Of a stretch of DNA of 64,000 bases, positions 17,390-26,155 are shown piece by piece. The stretch's first letter is position 1; the number at the start of each line of letters is the position of its first letter. This DNA comes from an uncultured Spirochaetota bacterium (GTDB taxonomy: Bacteria > Spirochaetota > Spirochaetia > SZUA-6 > Fen-1364): assembly GCA_963734545.1 (NCBI GenBank), contig CAVTHO010000007.1, positions 448,001 to 512,000 of the forward strand, in the 5' to 3' direction. A model generated the notes under the pieces. That model was not told where the DNA came from. It saw only the letters and a program-made list of their open reading frames with translations, and searched no databases. A program made the position numbers and the translations under genes.

Positions 17390-19922
17390 GCAGAGACTCA
17401 GCCCCCGCGTGATCGAGGAGATCCGCGAGGCTATTTCCGACGCAAACGGGAACGAAGTATTCCTCGTGGGCAAGCGGGGCGATGACGGAAAGGTTGAGTC
17501 CGTGACAGTGGGGGCGCGCGGCAACGAGCAGGCGGTGCCTGTTCTCTCGCCCCACCTGGTGGAAGGGGACGTCATCATCCACAATCACCCGTCGGGCGGG
17601 CTCACGCCGAGCAGCGCGGATCTCGCCATTGCCTCCCGGCTGGGAAACCAGGGCATCGGCTTTTTCATCGTGGACAACCAGCTCGACGAAGTGTACGTGG
17701 CGGCGGAGCCCGTTGAGGTGCGTGAGATCCAGCCGCTGGACGAGAATGCGCTGGCGGCCGGCCTCTCCACCGACGGGGCGCTGAGCAGGCTGTATCCGCT
17801 GTTCGAGGAGCGCGCCAGCCAGGTCCGCATGCTGCGGCTCGTGTGTCAGGCATTCAACGGTGACGAGATCTGCGCGGCCGAGGCAGGCACGGGAGTGGGG
17901 AAATCTCTCGCCTACCTGCTGCCCGCCGTTGCCTGGGCCGTCCAGAACGGGGAGAGGGTGGTGGTGTCCACCAACACGATCAACCTCCAGCAGCAGCTCG
18001 TGGAGAAGGACATCCCGCTGGTCAAGAAGGTTCTTGGCCAGGACCCGAAAGTGGTGCTCGTGAAAGGGCGGAGGAACTACCTCTGCCTGCACCGGCTGAA
18101 TGAGGCGCTCGAAGAGCAGAGCCTGTTCGATGAGAGGGACCCCGACCTCCTGTCGATCAAGGAATGGGCGCGCACCACTGAAACGGGCAGCCGCACCGAC
18201 CTGTCCTTCTATCCCACCGAGGACACGTGGTCCCGGGTGTGCTCGGAGGCGGACGCATGCCTCGGGCTGCGCTGCAGCCACCGGGAAGGCTGCTTCGTGC
18301 TCAAGGCGCGGCGCGAGGCATCTTCCGCGAAAATTCTCATTGCCAATCATCATCTCCTCTTCGCCGACCTCGCGTTCCGCATGGCGGGCTCTGGCTTCGA
18401 CGATCCCGCCGTGCTGCCCCCTTTCCGGAGGCTGATATTCGACGAAGCGCACAACGTGGAAAAGGCGGCGAGCTCTTTCTTTTCCCAGAGCTTCTCCCGT
18501 CTCGTGATTCTCCGCTTCCTCGGCCGGCTGCTCCGGCGCCGCAAGGGCAGGGCCACGGGGCATTTTCCCGCTCTTGCCCGACGGCTGGGAAGGAGCGCGC
18601 TCGTCAAACAGGTGCCTGAGCTCATCGAGGCGGTCACGACCCGGGCCGAGGAGCTGGACGGGGCGGGCCTTGCGCTCATGGGGGAGGAGAGCGCGCTGCT
18701 CCTGGACGCCGGGACCCTGCCGGGCTTTCGGGAGAGCGCAGGCGGCGCGCTGGGCAATCTCTCTCTCGCCATCAGGGAGCTGGCGGATGCCTTTTCGGAG
18801 GTGTTTGAAAAGCTCGGCGTTCGTGAGCCCGAAGAAGCACGCAGGCCCGCGGACAGGGACGGGTTCAACAGGACGACGGAGGACGACCTCGTCTGGGATT
18901 GCCGCGTCCAGCTCGCCCGGCTCGCCGCAATCGCAGACCTCTGCGACAGGTTTCGCACTGAAGAGATCGGCGGCAACGACATTTTCTGGATGGAGGCCCT
19001 GAAGAGCGGACGCGGGGAGCGGGAAGGGAAGGAACGCACGGTGCGGCTGGTCATTACCCCCCTGGACATCGGGCCGCTCATGCGCGAGGCAGTCTATGAG
19101 CCGATCAAGACGGTGCTCTTCACATCGGCAACGCTCACCGTTGCCGGCAGTTTTTCCTTCTGGTCCGGGAGGATCGGGTTGTCGGCATCGATCGGGCGGG
19201 AGCCGCTCTTCCAGTCGTTCCCCTCTCCGTTCAACTACGAGGAGCACGTCCTGCTCGGCGTGCCTGTCGATGCCCCTCCCCCGGATTCACTGAAGCACAA
19301 GGAGTTCCTCGCGCGCTTCATCTCCAAGGCCCTTCTCAAGAGCCGCGGTGCCGGACTCGTTCTGTTCACTTCCTACAGCCTCTTGCGTGACGTCTATGCG
19401 GCCTCGCAGGAGGAGCTGGGCCGGGCAGGGATCAGGATGCTGAAGCAGGGCGACGACGACCGGGCCAGGCTGCTGGACGCGTTTCGCGCCGAGAGATCCA
19501 GCGTGCTTTTCGCCACCGATTCGTTCTGGGAAGGGGTCGACGCGCCCGGCGAGACCCTCCAGGTCGTGATTCTCTGCCGTCTTCCGTTCCGTGTCCCTTC
19601 GGAGCCTGTGCTGAAGGCGCGGATGACGGCAATCGAGGAGCGCGGGGGGAATCCCTTCGGAGAGCTTTCCCTCCCTGATGCCGTGGTCCGCATGCGGCAG
19701 GGCTTCGGCAGGCTGATGCGCCGCCATGACGATACGGGAGTCGTCCTCATCCTCGACCCGCGAATCGTGACCAGGCAGTACGGCGCGGTGTTCCTGGAAA
19801 GCCTGCCTCGGACCATGCGCTCCATCGCCCCTGCCGCCGAGGTCCTTCGCTCTGTTGCGGCCTTTTTCGGGCAAAAAAAAGAGGAGGAAGACGATTCCGT
19901 CTCCTCCTCCGCTCAGGCGTGA
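17379..19922 (+). CDS. DinG/YoaA-family Fe-S helicase with N-terminal JAB/RadC-like domain
   Basis: HNHPSGGLTPSSAD JAB motif; Q-motif ERASQ, EAGTGVGKS, Fe-S cysteines, DEAH, TSATL, FWEGVD and QGFGRLMR. Confidence 0.9.
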   Translation: MRAEQRLSPRVIEEIREAISDANGNEVFLVGKRGDDGKVESVTVGARGNEQAVPVLSPHLVEGDVIIHNHPSGGLTPSSADLAIASRLGNQGIGFFIVDNQLDEVYVAAEPVEVREIQPLDENALAAGLSTDGALSRLYPLFEERASQVRMLRLVCQAFNGDEICAAEAGTGVGKSLAYLLPAVAWAVQNGERVVVSTNTINLQQQLVEKDIPLVKKVLGQDPKVVLVKGRRNYLCLHRLNEALEEQSLFDERDPDLLSIKEWARTTETGSRTDLSFYPTEDTWSRVCSEADACLGLRCSHREGCFVLKARREASSAKILIANHHLLFADLAFRMAGSGFDDPAVLPPFRRLIFDEAHNVEKAASSFFSQSFSRLVILRFLGRLLRRRKGRATGHFPALARRLGRSALVKQVPELIEAVTTRAEELDGAGLALMGEESALLLDAGTLPGFRESAGGALGNLSLAIRELADAFSEVFEKLGVREPEEARRPADRDGFNRTTEDDLVWDCRVQLARLAAIADLCDRFRTEEIGGNDIFWMEALKSGRGEREGKERTVRLVITPLDIGPLMREAVYEPIKTVLFTSATLTVAGSFSFWSGRIGLSASIGREPLFQSFPSPFNYEEHVLLGVPVDAPPPDSLKHKEFLARFISKALLKSRGAGLVLFTSYSLLRDVYAASQEELGRAGIRMLKQGDDDRARLLDAFRAERSSVLFATDSFWEGVDAPGETLQVVILCRLPFRVPSEPVLKARMTAIEERGGNPFGELSLPDAVVRMRQGFGRLMRRHDDTGVVLILDPRIVTRQYGAVFLESLPRTMRSIAPAAEVLRSVAAFFGQKKEEEDDSVSSSAQA

Positions 19923-19932
19923 ATGGAAAGCT

Positions 19933-20199
19933 CTACGACTCTACCTTTGCCAGCACGTCGGCCGCCTTCAGGATGAGCTGCTCTTCCCCGCCGACCTTGA
20001 TCGTGGTGCCGGCATACTTGTCGTAGATCACGCGGTCCTTCGCCTTGACCTTGATTGCCTCGTCTGTTCCGACCGCGATCACGATACCTTCCTGGGTCTT
20101 TTCCTGCGCGGTCTGGGGGATGAGGATCCCGCCCGCAGTCTTGGTTTCCATTTCCACCATTTTCACGAGAATGCGATCTCCGAGCGGCGTCACCTTCAT
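19933..20199 (-). CDS. groES: Co-chaperonin GroES (no adjacent groEL)
   Basis: MKVTPLGDRILVK, TAGGILIP, AVG and KYAGT motifs. Confidence 0.95.
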   Translation of the reverse strand: MKVTPLGDRILVKMVEMETKTAGGILIPQTAQEKTQEGIVIAVGTDEAIKVKAKDRVIYDKYAGTTIKVGGEEQLILKAADVLAKVES

Positions 20200-20271
20200 A
20201 TACAGTTGTCCTCCCTTGCGTTGTGCGTGTGTTCGCGTGAACTCACATTGAGTGCGAGTGATTTTAGGGCT

Positions 20272-20301
20272 AATATAGCCACACAGTCCCGCTCACGTCA
20301 A
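20272..20301 (-). promoter_or_regulatory. Candidate sigma70 promoter of groES
   Basis: TTGACG-N18-TATATT on the minus strand, about 70 nt upstream of the groES start. Confidence 0.4.
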
Positions 20302-20353
20302 GGATATCTTTCCTCTTGCCATGAATGAGCCGACCGGATTACTTTATTAAGAG

Positions 20354-21034
20354 ATGTTAACATCCGGCTGGGCCATCCATTTCGACAAAGGACTGAGATC
20401 CCTCGCCCGGCACAGGCCGGGTGACAGCGTCAAATCCCTCCAGAAGGCCCTGGAGTATTGTCCACCGTCACGGCCGCGAGACCTCTACCGAATCTGCTTT
20501 TTTCTGGGGATCGGGCTGCGCAGGCTCGGCTTCCCGCAGTCCGCCATCAAGAGCTGGATCTCGTGCCAGCGTTTGAACAAGAGAGGCCATACGCGCAAGA
20601 TGCTCTCCCGGCTCACCAACTGCTACGGGATGGAGCGCCAGGACACGACAGAGCACGACGACTGGCAGGCTTTCTCGTCCATACAGATCGCCCGTTATCT
20701 GCTGGGCAAGAACAAGCGCACATTCTCCACGCCGGCTGAGCAGGACATGATCGGTGACCTCATACGGGACAGCTGGGACGCCCTGCTGCGCTCAGGCGCC
20801 CTCGAAGGCAAGTTCGGCTGTGACAAGCTGGAAGCGTTCCGAAACGTGAAGATCGTTTTCCCGAGCGTTGTGCGCAACGAACCGCACGTGAATGGCCCTG
20901 TCATCGCCGTCAACTTTCAGACACAGCGGAAAGTCAAGCCGCAGGATCGTTGCGTGTGCGGATCGGGACTCGCTTTTGTCATGTGCTGCGGCCGAACGCC
21001 TGGCAAGGAGGAGCTCTTGAGTGGTCTATTTTGA
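20354..21034 (+). CDS. Hypothetical protein with TPR-like N-terminus and SEC-C-type Cys motif
   Basis: Helical TPR-like start; C-terminal DRCVCGSGLAFVMCCG. Confidence 0.7.
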   Translation: MLTSGWAIHFDKGLRSLARHRPGDSVKSLQKALEYCPPSRPRDLYRICFFLGIGLRRLGFPQSAIKSWISCQRLNKRGHTRKMLSRLTNCYGMERQDTTEHDDWQAFSSIQIARYLLGKNKRTFSTPAEQDMIGDLIRDSWDALLRSGALEGKFGCDKLEAFRNVKIVFPSVVRNEPHVNGPVIAVNFQTQRKVKPQDRCVCGSGLAFVMCCGRTPGKEELLSGLF

Positions 21035-21164
21035 TTCAATTTCCACGCGATATTGAAAATTCGTGTCATTTTGACCCTTTTAGTGGGTAATTCCTGGATA
21101 GCTCCCGGCTTACTTTTTAAAGCTTTACTCTATATATAGTTAGGAATAGCACTGCAAGAGACCT

Positions 21165-21180
21165 TGGCACGTTCTTTGCT
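21165..21180 (+). promoter_or_regulatory. Sigma54 (RpoN) -24/-12 promoter
   Basis: TGGCACGTTCTTTGCT matches TGGCACG-N4-TTGCW exactly, 22 nt before the sigma-factor start, in an AT-rich intergenic region. Confidence 0.85.
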
Positions 21181-21202
21181 TTTATAATGGCACGAGGTAA
21201 AC

Positions 21203-22075
21203 ATGAGCAGTGCAGTAATGTTGGAAAAGGATCGGAAAGTCTCCAGAGCAGATGAGAACATCCTTTCGCTGTACTTGAAAGAAATCAACAAGATCCCGCT
21301 ATTGACCCGTGAAGAGGAAGAAAGATACGCGCGAAGGGCAGCCCGGAACGACAAGTCGGCCAAGGAGAGCCTGATCAGGGCGAACCTGCGGTTTGTGGTG
21401 AACGTTGCGAAGAAGTACCAGAATCAGGGACTTCCCCTCGCGGACCTCATCAGCGAAGGAAACATCGGGCTGATGAACGCAATCGAGCGCTTCGACGTGG
21501 AAAAAGGCTATCATTTCATTTCCTACGCGGTCTGGTGGATTCGTCAGGCCATTCTCAAGGCCATCTGCGAAAAGTCCCGGATGATCCGGCTGCCCCTGAA
21601 CAGGGCCAATGAGCTGGTGCAGATCGAGAAGGTGCGCAAGGACCTCCAGGGCGAGCAGTTTCTCGCTTCGGAAACAGACATGATCGCCAAGAAGCTGGAC
21701 CTCGACAGGGAGCACGTGTCCGACCTCATGAACATTTCCAGGGAGCTCATCTCCCTTGATACGCCGGTCTACTCCGAGAAAGATTCCTCGCTGCTCGGGG
21801 ACTTTGTGGAAGACAAGAACCACACGACGCCCGACGACGTGGTGATCGCCAACTCACTGCAGCAGGACATCAACGGAGTCCTCACCTCCCTTTCCCAGAA
21901 GGAGTCCGAGATCATCCAGTATCGATTCGGGCTGAACGGAAAGCGCCCGATGTCTCTCAAAGAGATCGGAAGCATGTACAAGCTCACCAAGGAGAGGATC
22001 CGCCAGATCGAGAAGAAGGCCATCAAGAGACTGCAACACCCCTCCCGCAGCCATACGCTGCGGGCGTACATGTAG
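21203..22075 (+). CDS. Group 2-like sigma70-family factor lacking region 1.1 (spirochaetal RpoS-like)
   Basis: LYLKEINKIPLL (region 1.2), ANLRFVVNVAKKY, DLISEGNIGL, SYAVWWIRQAI and TKERIRQIEKKA; 290 aa. Confidence 0.9.
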   Translation: MSSAVMLEKDRKVSRADENILSLYLKEINKIPLLTREEEERYARRAARNDKSAKESLIRANLRFVVNVAKKYQNQGLPLADLISEGNIGLMNAIERFDVEKGYHFISYAVWWIRQAILKAICEKSRMIRLPLNRANELVQIEKVRKDLQGEQFLASETDMIAKKLDLDREHVSDLMNISRELISLDTPVYSEKDSSLLGDFVEDKNHTTPDDVVIANSLQQDINGVLTSLSQKESEIIQYRFGLNGKRPMSLKEIGSMYKLTKERIRQIEKKAIKRLQHPSRSHTLRAYM

Positions 22076-22093
22076 GAATCCCTTGTACAGGTG

Positions 22094-22127
22094 TGGAAAA
22101 GGCGCGGCAACGCGCCTTTTCCATTTT
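22094..22127 (+). terminator. Intrinsic terminator after the sigma factor gene
   Basis: 13-bp perfect stem TGGAAAAGGCGCG-GCAA-CGCGCCTTTTCCA followed by TTTT. Confidence 0.75.
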
Positions 22128-22210
22128 CCGGGCCCGCGTGGCGAAACGCGGCTGTTTGACACCCTCTCGATTACAAAACATACTCTCCCGCATACCGGTC
22201 CGGGGGATCT

Positions 22211-23242
22211 ATGAAGGAAAAAGAATCCGGGCGCTTGAAAGCGACAATCGCAAAGCTCGAAGAAGAGGTTGCCCGCCTGAAAGGCGAAAACGGGAGCATC
22301 CGTCTGAGCGAGGAACGCTACCGTGCCTTGTTCGCCGCCCTGCCGGTCTCGCTCCAGGTCGTGGACCGGGACGGCGCGATCCTTGAAGTGAACCCTTTCC
22401 ATCTCGCGCACATGGGGGGCGGCCGCACGACGCTGGCAGACTACCAGGGCCGGAATATCACGACGCGCAGGAGTGTCGTGGCGGCCGGTCTCGCCCCGGA
22501 CTACAAAGCCGTGCTGGATGGGGTGCCCTTCGAGAAATCCGAAGTGCTGTATCCGGCCCTGTCGGGCGGGGGAAAGGGCTGGTTCAACGTGCGCGGAGTG
22601 CCCCTGAGAAAAGGGAGCGAGATCCTCGGGGCCATCTACATCCTGGAGGATGTCAGCGTGCTGAAAGGGGCCAAGGATGAGCTCATTCTCGCGAACGACA
22701 AGCTCAAGACGCAGATGGAGGAAATCAGGCAGCTCCATTCGGATTTACGTGAACAGGTGATTCGAGATCCTCTGACCGCTCTGCACAACCGCCGCTATTT
22801 GAACGAGACCCTTGACCGTGAGCTGGCCCGGGCGAGCCGCGAAATGTATCAGGTCGGCCTGGTGATGATCGACATTGACAACTTCAAGGAAATCAACGAC
22901 ACGTACGGGCACAATGCGGGCGACCTCGTGCTGAAGAACCTGGCACTCCAATTGACCCGGCAGACCCGGGCAAGCGATCTGGTGTGCCGGCTCGGCGGTG
23001 ATGAGTTCCTGATAGTCCTGCTCAATGTGAAGGCCGCAAATGCCTTCAATCGGGCCGAGCAGTATCGAAATTCCTTTCAGGAATCCGCGGCGGTTTTCAA
23101 CGGGTCGGAAATTCGGTCGACCCTTTCTCTGGGAATTGCCATGTTCCCGGAAAAAGGCGCGACCAGCCGCGAAGTCCTTGCCGCGGCGGATCGTGCATTG
23201 TACGAGTCGAAAAGGAAAGGGCGCAATCAAATCAGCGCATGA
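22211..23242 (+). CDS. PAS-domain diguanylate cyclase
   Basis: DPLTALHNRR, DIDNFKEINDTYGHNAGD, I-site RASD and GGDEF motif. Confidence 0.93.
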   Translation: MKEKESGRLKATIAKLEEEVARLKGENGSIRLSEERYRALFAALPVSLQVVDRDGAILEVNPFHLAHMGGGRTTLADYQGRNITTRRSVVAAGLAPDYKAVLDGVPFEKSEVLYPALSGGGKGWFNVRGVPLRKGSEILGAIYILEDVSVLKGAKDELILANDKLKTQMEEIRQLHSDLREQVIRDPLTALHNRRYLNETLDRELARASREMYQVGLVMIDIDNFKEINDTYGHNAGDLVLKNLALQLTRQTRASDLVCRLGGDEFLIVLLNVKAANAFNRAEQYRNSFQESAAVFNGSEIRSTLSLGIAMFPEKGATSREVLAAADRALYESKRKGRNQISA

Positions 23243-23260
23243 AAGCCCGCGGGGGCGTGC

Positions 23261-25267
23261 TCATGTCGATGGCTCCCGTGCGATCTTCTTCCAGGCATCC
23301 GCAAAGTCAGGGGTGAAATCCTTCTCTTCGGCCTGCAGGGTGAGGCATTCCTGAGGAATCTCGTCGAGAAAGGGTGAAGGGGAGGCCTCCACGGGCTTGC
23401 CCATGCGCCTGCGCGATGAGCAGCAGGAGAGGAACAGCCGCTTCTGCGCCCGGGTCAGAGCCACGTAGAACAGCCTGCGCTCCTCCTCGACGTTGGCATC
23501 ACCCTCTGTCACGGACCTCACGTGGGGAATGATGTCCTTCTCGACACCGGCGACGAACACCACCGGAAACTCCAGTCCCTTGGCCGAGTGGATCGTCATC
23601 AGGTTGACCCGGCCACCGGTTTCCCTGGCGTCGAGGTCATCACGGCTTGCCAGGGACACGCGCGCCAGGTAGTCGAAAAGGGTGGGGTGCACGGCGTCGG
23701 GATCCTCCTCGAAATCGGCAAGCGACCCGGCAAGGGACTCGACGTTGGCGAACTTCCACCTCACCACGTCCTTGTCCTTTGCGTCCTTGTTTTCCACGAG
23801 AAGATAGCCCCAATAATCTATGGCCTCGACCAGGTCGCGAAGGGCCTGCGCCAGAGCGTTTCCCGCAAGGAATCGGGCACGATACTCCGTGACCAGCTCG
23901 ATGAACTCAGCGGCGGCCGCGCGCGACTTTTCTTCCAGACCGAGCCCCGGCTGGGTGCCGAACGCGGCGATTGCGGAAAAAAGCGAGCAGTGGTGCGCGG
24001 CCGCGTACTCGGTGGCCCTCTCGAGAAGCTTCTTGCCGATTCCCCTTCGCGGCGTATTGATGATGCGGAGGAGGCTCGTGTCGTCGTCATGATTGGCGAT
24101 CAGCTTGAGATAGGCGAGCATGTCGCGCACTTCCTGCCGTTCGAAGAAGCTCATGCCCCCGGACACGATGTAAGGGATGTTTTCATCTCGGAAGGCCTCC
24201 TCGATCGCCCGCGTGAGATGATTTGCCCGCAGCAGGACACCGAAATCCTGCAGCGTGAGAGATTCTCGAATCATGAGGGTGCGGATGCGCGAAACGATGT
24301 ATTCCGCTTCCTCCTGCTCGCTGGGAGCATTGAAAAGCTCGATCAGCTCCCCTTCGGGGAGCCCTGTCCACAGCGCTTTCGGCTTGCGATTCGTGTTGCG
24401 CGAGATGACCGCGTTGGCCGCCTTGAGGATGGTTCGGGTGGACCTGTAATTCTGCTCCAGCTTGATCACGCGCACGCGTGGAAAATCACGCTCGAACCTG
24501 AGGATATTCTCGTAGCTCGCCCCGCGCCAGGAGTAGATGGACTGGTCGTCATCCCCGACCACGCAGACGTTCTCTTCCGGACCCACCAGGAGCTTCATCA
24601 AGTCATATTGGGCGGAGGAAGTGTCCTGGAATTCATCCACGAGGAGATAGCGGAACCTTTCGTGCATCTCAAGACGCACGTCGGGGTTCTTGTCCAGCAG
24701 CTCCAGCGGCAGCATGAGCAGGTCGTCGAAATCCACCGCATTGAAAAGTCGCAGGTTTTTCTGGTACTCCCGGAAGAGAGGCTTCAGGTGCTTTGTCTCC
24801 GTGCTCCACTTCGCTCTGCCCGTTTTCACCGAGGAGATGAATTGAGCGGCGGCCTGAAGATCGAATGATTCTCCCTTCAGGCCGATCTCCCGCGCCGTCT
24901 CGCGGATCAGGCTTGCCTGGTCCTGCGAGTCATAGATGCTGAAGTTGGCCCTGTAGCCCATGAGAGAAAAACGCTCCCTCAGCATCTGAGCGCCGAATGC
25001 GTGGAACGTACAGATCGTGAGCCGGACCAGCTTGCGGGGAATCAGGGCTTTCACGCGCTGCGACATCTCCTTCGCGGCCTTGTTGGTGAAGGTGACGGCG
25101 AGGATTGCCGATTGAGGGACCCCCTGGGAAAGCAGCCTGGCGATCCTGTAGGTGATCACCCGGGTCTTTCCCGAACCCGCGCCGGCTACAATGAGGAGCG
25201 GCCCATCTGTTGTGCCGACGGCCTCTGCTTGTTTGTCGTTGAGGATCGAAGGGAAATCGACTTTCAA
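23261..25267 (-). CDS. UvrD/Rep/PcrA superfamily 1 helicase
   Basis: AGAGSGKT, VTFTNKAA, VDEFQDT, VGDDDQSIY, EQNYRS, TIHSAKGLEF and EERRLFYVALTRA. TTG start inferred. Confidence 0.93.
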   Translation of the reverse strand: MKVDFPSILNDKQAEAVGTTDGPLLIVAGAGSGKTRVITYRIARLLSQGVPQSAILAVTFTNKAAKEMSQRVKALIPRKLVRLTICTFHAFGAQMLRERFSLMGYRANFSIYDSQDQASLIRETAREIGLKGESFDLQAAAQFISSVKTGRAKWSTETKHLKPLFREYQKNLRLFNAVDFDDLLMLPLELLDKNPDVRLEMHERFRYLLVDEFQDTSSAQYDLMKLLVGPEENVCVVGDDDQSIYSWRGASYENILRFERDFPRVRVIKLEQNYRSTRTILKAANAVISRNTNRKPKALWTGLPEGELIELFNAPSEQEEAEYIVSRIRTLMIRESLTLQDFGVLLRANHLTRAIEEAFRDENIPYIVSGGMSFFERQEVRDMLAYLKLIANHDDDTSLLRIINTPRRGIGKKLLERATEYAAAHHCSLFSAIAAFGTQPGLGLEEKSRAAAAEFIELVTEYRARFLAGNALAQALRDLVEAIDYWGYLLVENKDAKDKDVVRWKFANVESLAGSLADFEEDPDAVHPTLFDYLARVSLASRDDLDARETGGRVNLMTIHSAKGLEFPVVFVAGVEKDIIPHVRSVTEGDANVEEERRLFYVALTRAQKRLFLSCCSSRRRMGKPVEASPSPFLDEIPQECLTLQAEEKDFTPDFADAWKKIAREPST

Positions 25268-25358
25268 GGCACTATTGGGCTTTTCGCGCTTCGAGAAACA
25301 GCGTAACGGTGCTGAAATTGTTTGACACGTCCCCTCCTGGTGCCCTACTATTGCTTTC

Positions 25359-26106
25359 ATGCAATTGTTCTCGCCGTTCTGCCCGAGTTGCAGGGAGAAT
25401 CTTGCGCGCAATGGAGATTCGTTTACCTGCTCCAAGTGCGGAAGGGTGTATCCGTTGAAGAGCGGTATGGTGGATTTCCTGACCTCCCTGCCTCTTTCCG
25501 ATGTCCAGCAAGTCGTTCAAAACACCTTTGATGCTGTTGCTCCTTCCTATGACAATGCCATTGTAAGGCTCGTGGAGAGCCTGTCCTGCCCCTGGAGCAC
25601 CTATACGGCCCATCTGGAAGCCTTCATGGCGAATGCCGGGGGCAAGGTGATCCTGGACGTGGGGTGCGGGACAGCCTTCCCCGTCGGATCCTTTATTCCC
25701 CAGACGTCGATCTACCTCGGCGTGGACATCTCTCTCGAGATGCTCGGCCACGCGAAGAGCCTGCTGGGGGAAAACCTCAACGCGGCCCTCTGGAACGTCG
25801 ATGTCGAGCGGATCCCCCTTCCCGGACAGCTGCGTGGATCTCTGCCTCTGCCTCATGTCGTTCAACGTGTTCCCCAACCCTCACAAAGCTGCCACCGAGA
25901 TCCACAGGGTGCTGAAGAAGGACGGGAGCGTCTACGGCACAGCCTTCCTGACCTCCCCGCCTGAAGAAATCCTGAGCGAAAGACCCATCCAGGACGGGCT
26001 CATCCGGGAGGTTCTTTCCGTGTTCGACCCCGCCCTCTGGGAGCTTTCCATCGAGACAGTGGGGGGCATTCTCTTTTTCCACGTTCAAAGAAGCGTCAAG
26101 ACCTGA
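25359..26106 (+). CDS. Class I SAM methyltransferase with N-terminal Cys motif (frameshift near 25822)
   Basis: CPSC..CSKC N-terminus, ILDVGCGT and GVDISLEML; the second frame continues with EIHRVLK. Confidence 0.8.
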
Positions 26107-26155
26107 GCAGCCGCGCGTCCTCCCTCGGTGCGGTACTCGGCCCCATTTGTTCCGG

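Noticed and set aside
17334-19247. Long antisense ORFs (637 aa here; also 5411-6841, 14116-15438, 23522-24868)
   Set aside because: Shadow frames of GC-rich genes on the opposite strand, with no motifs.
20240-20275. CIRCE element upstream of groES
   Set aside because: Only partial half-sites are present; it does not match TTAGCACTC-N9-GAGTGCTAA.
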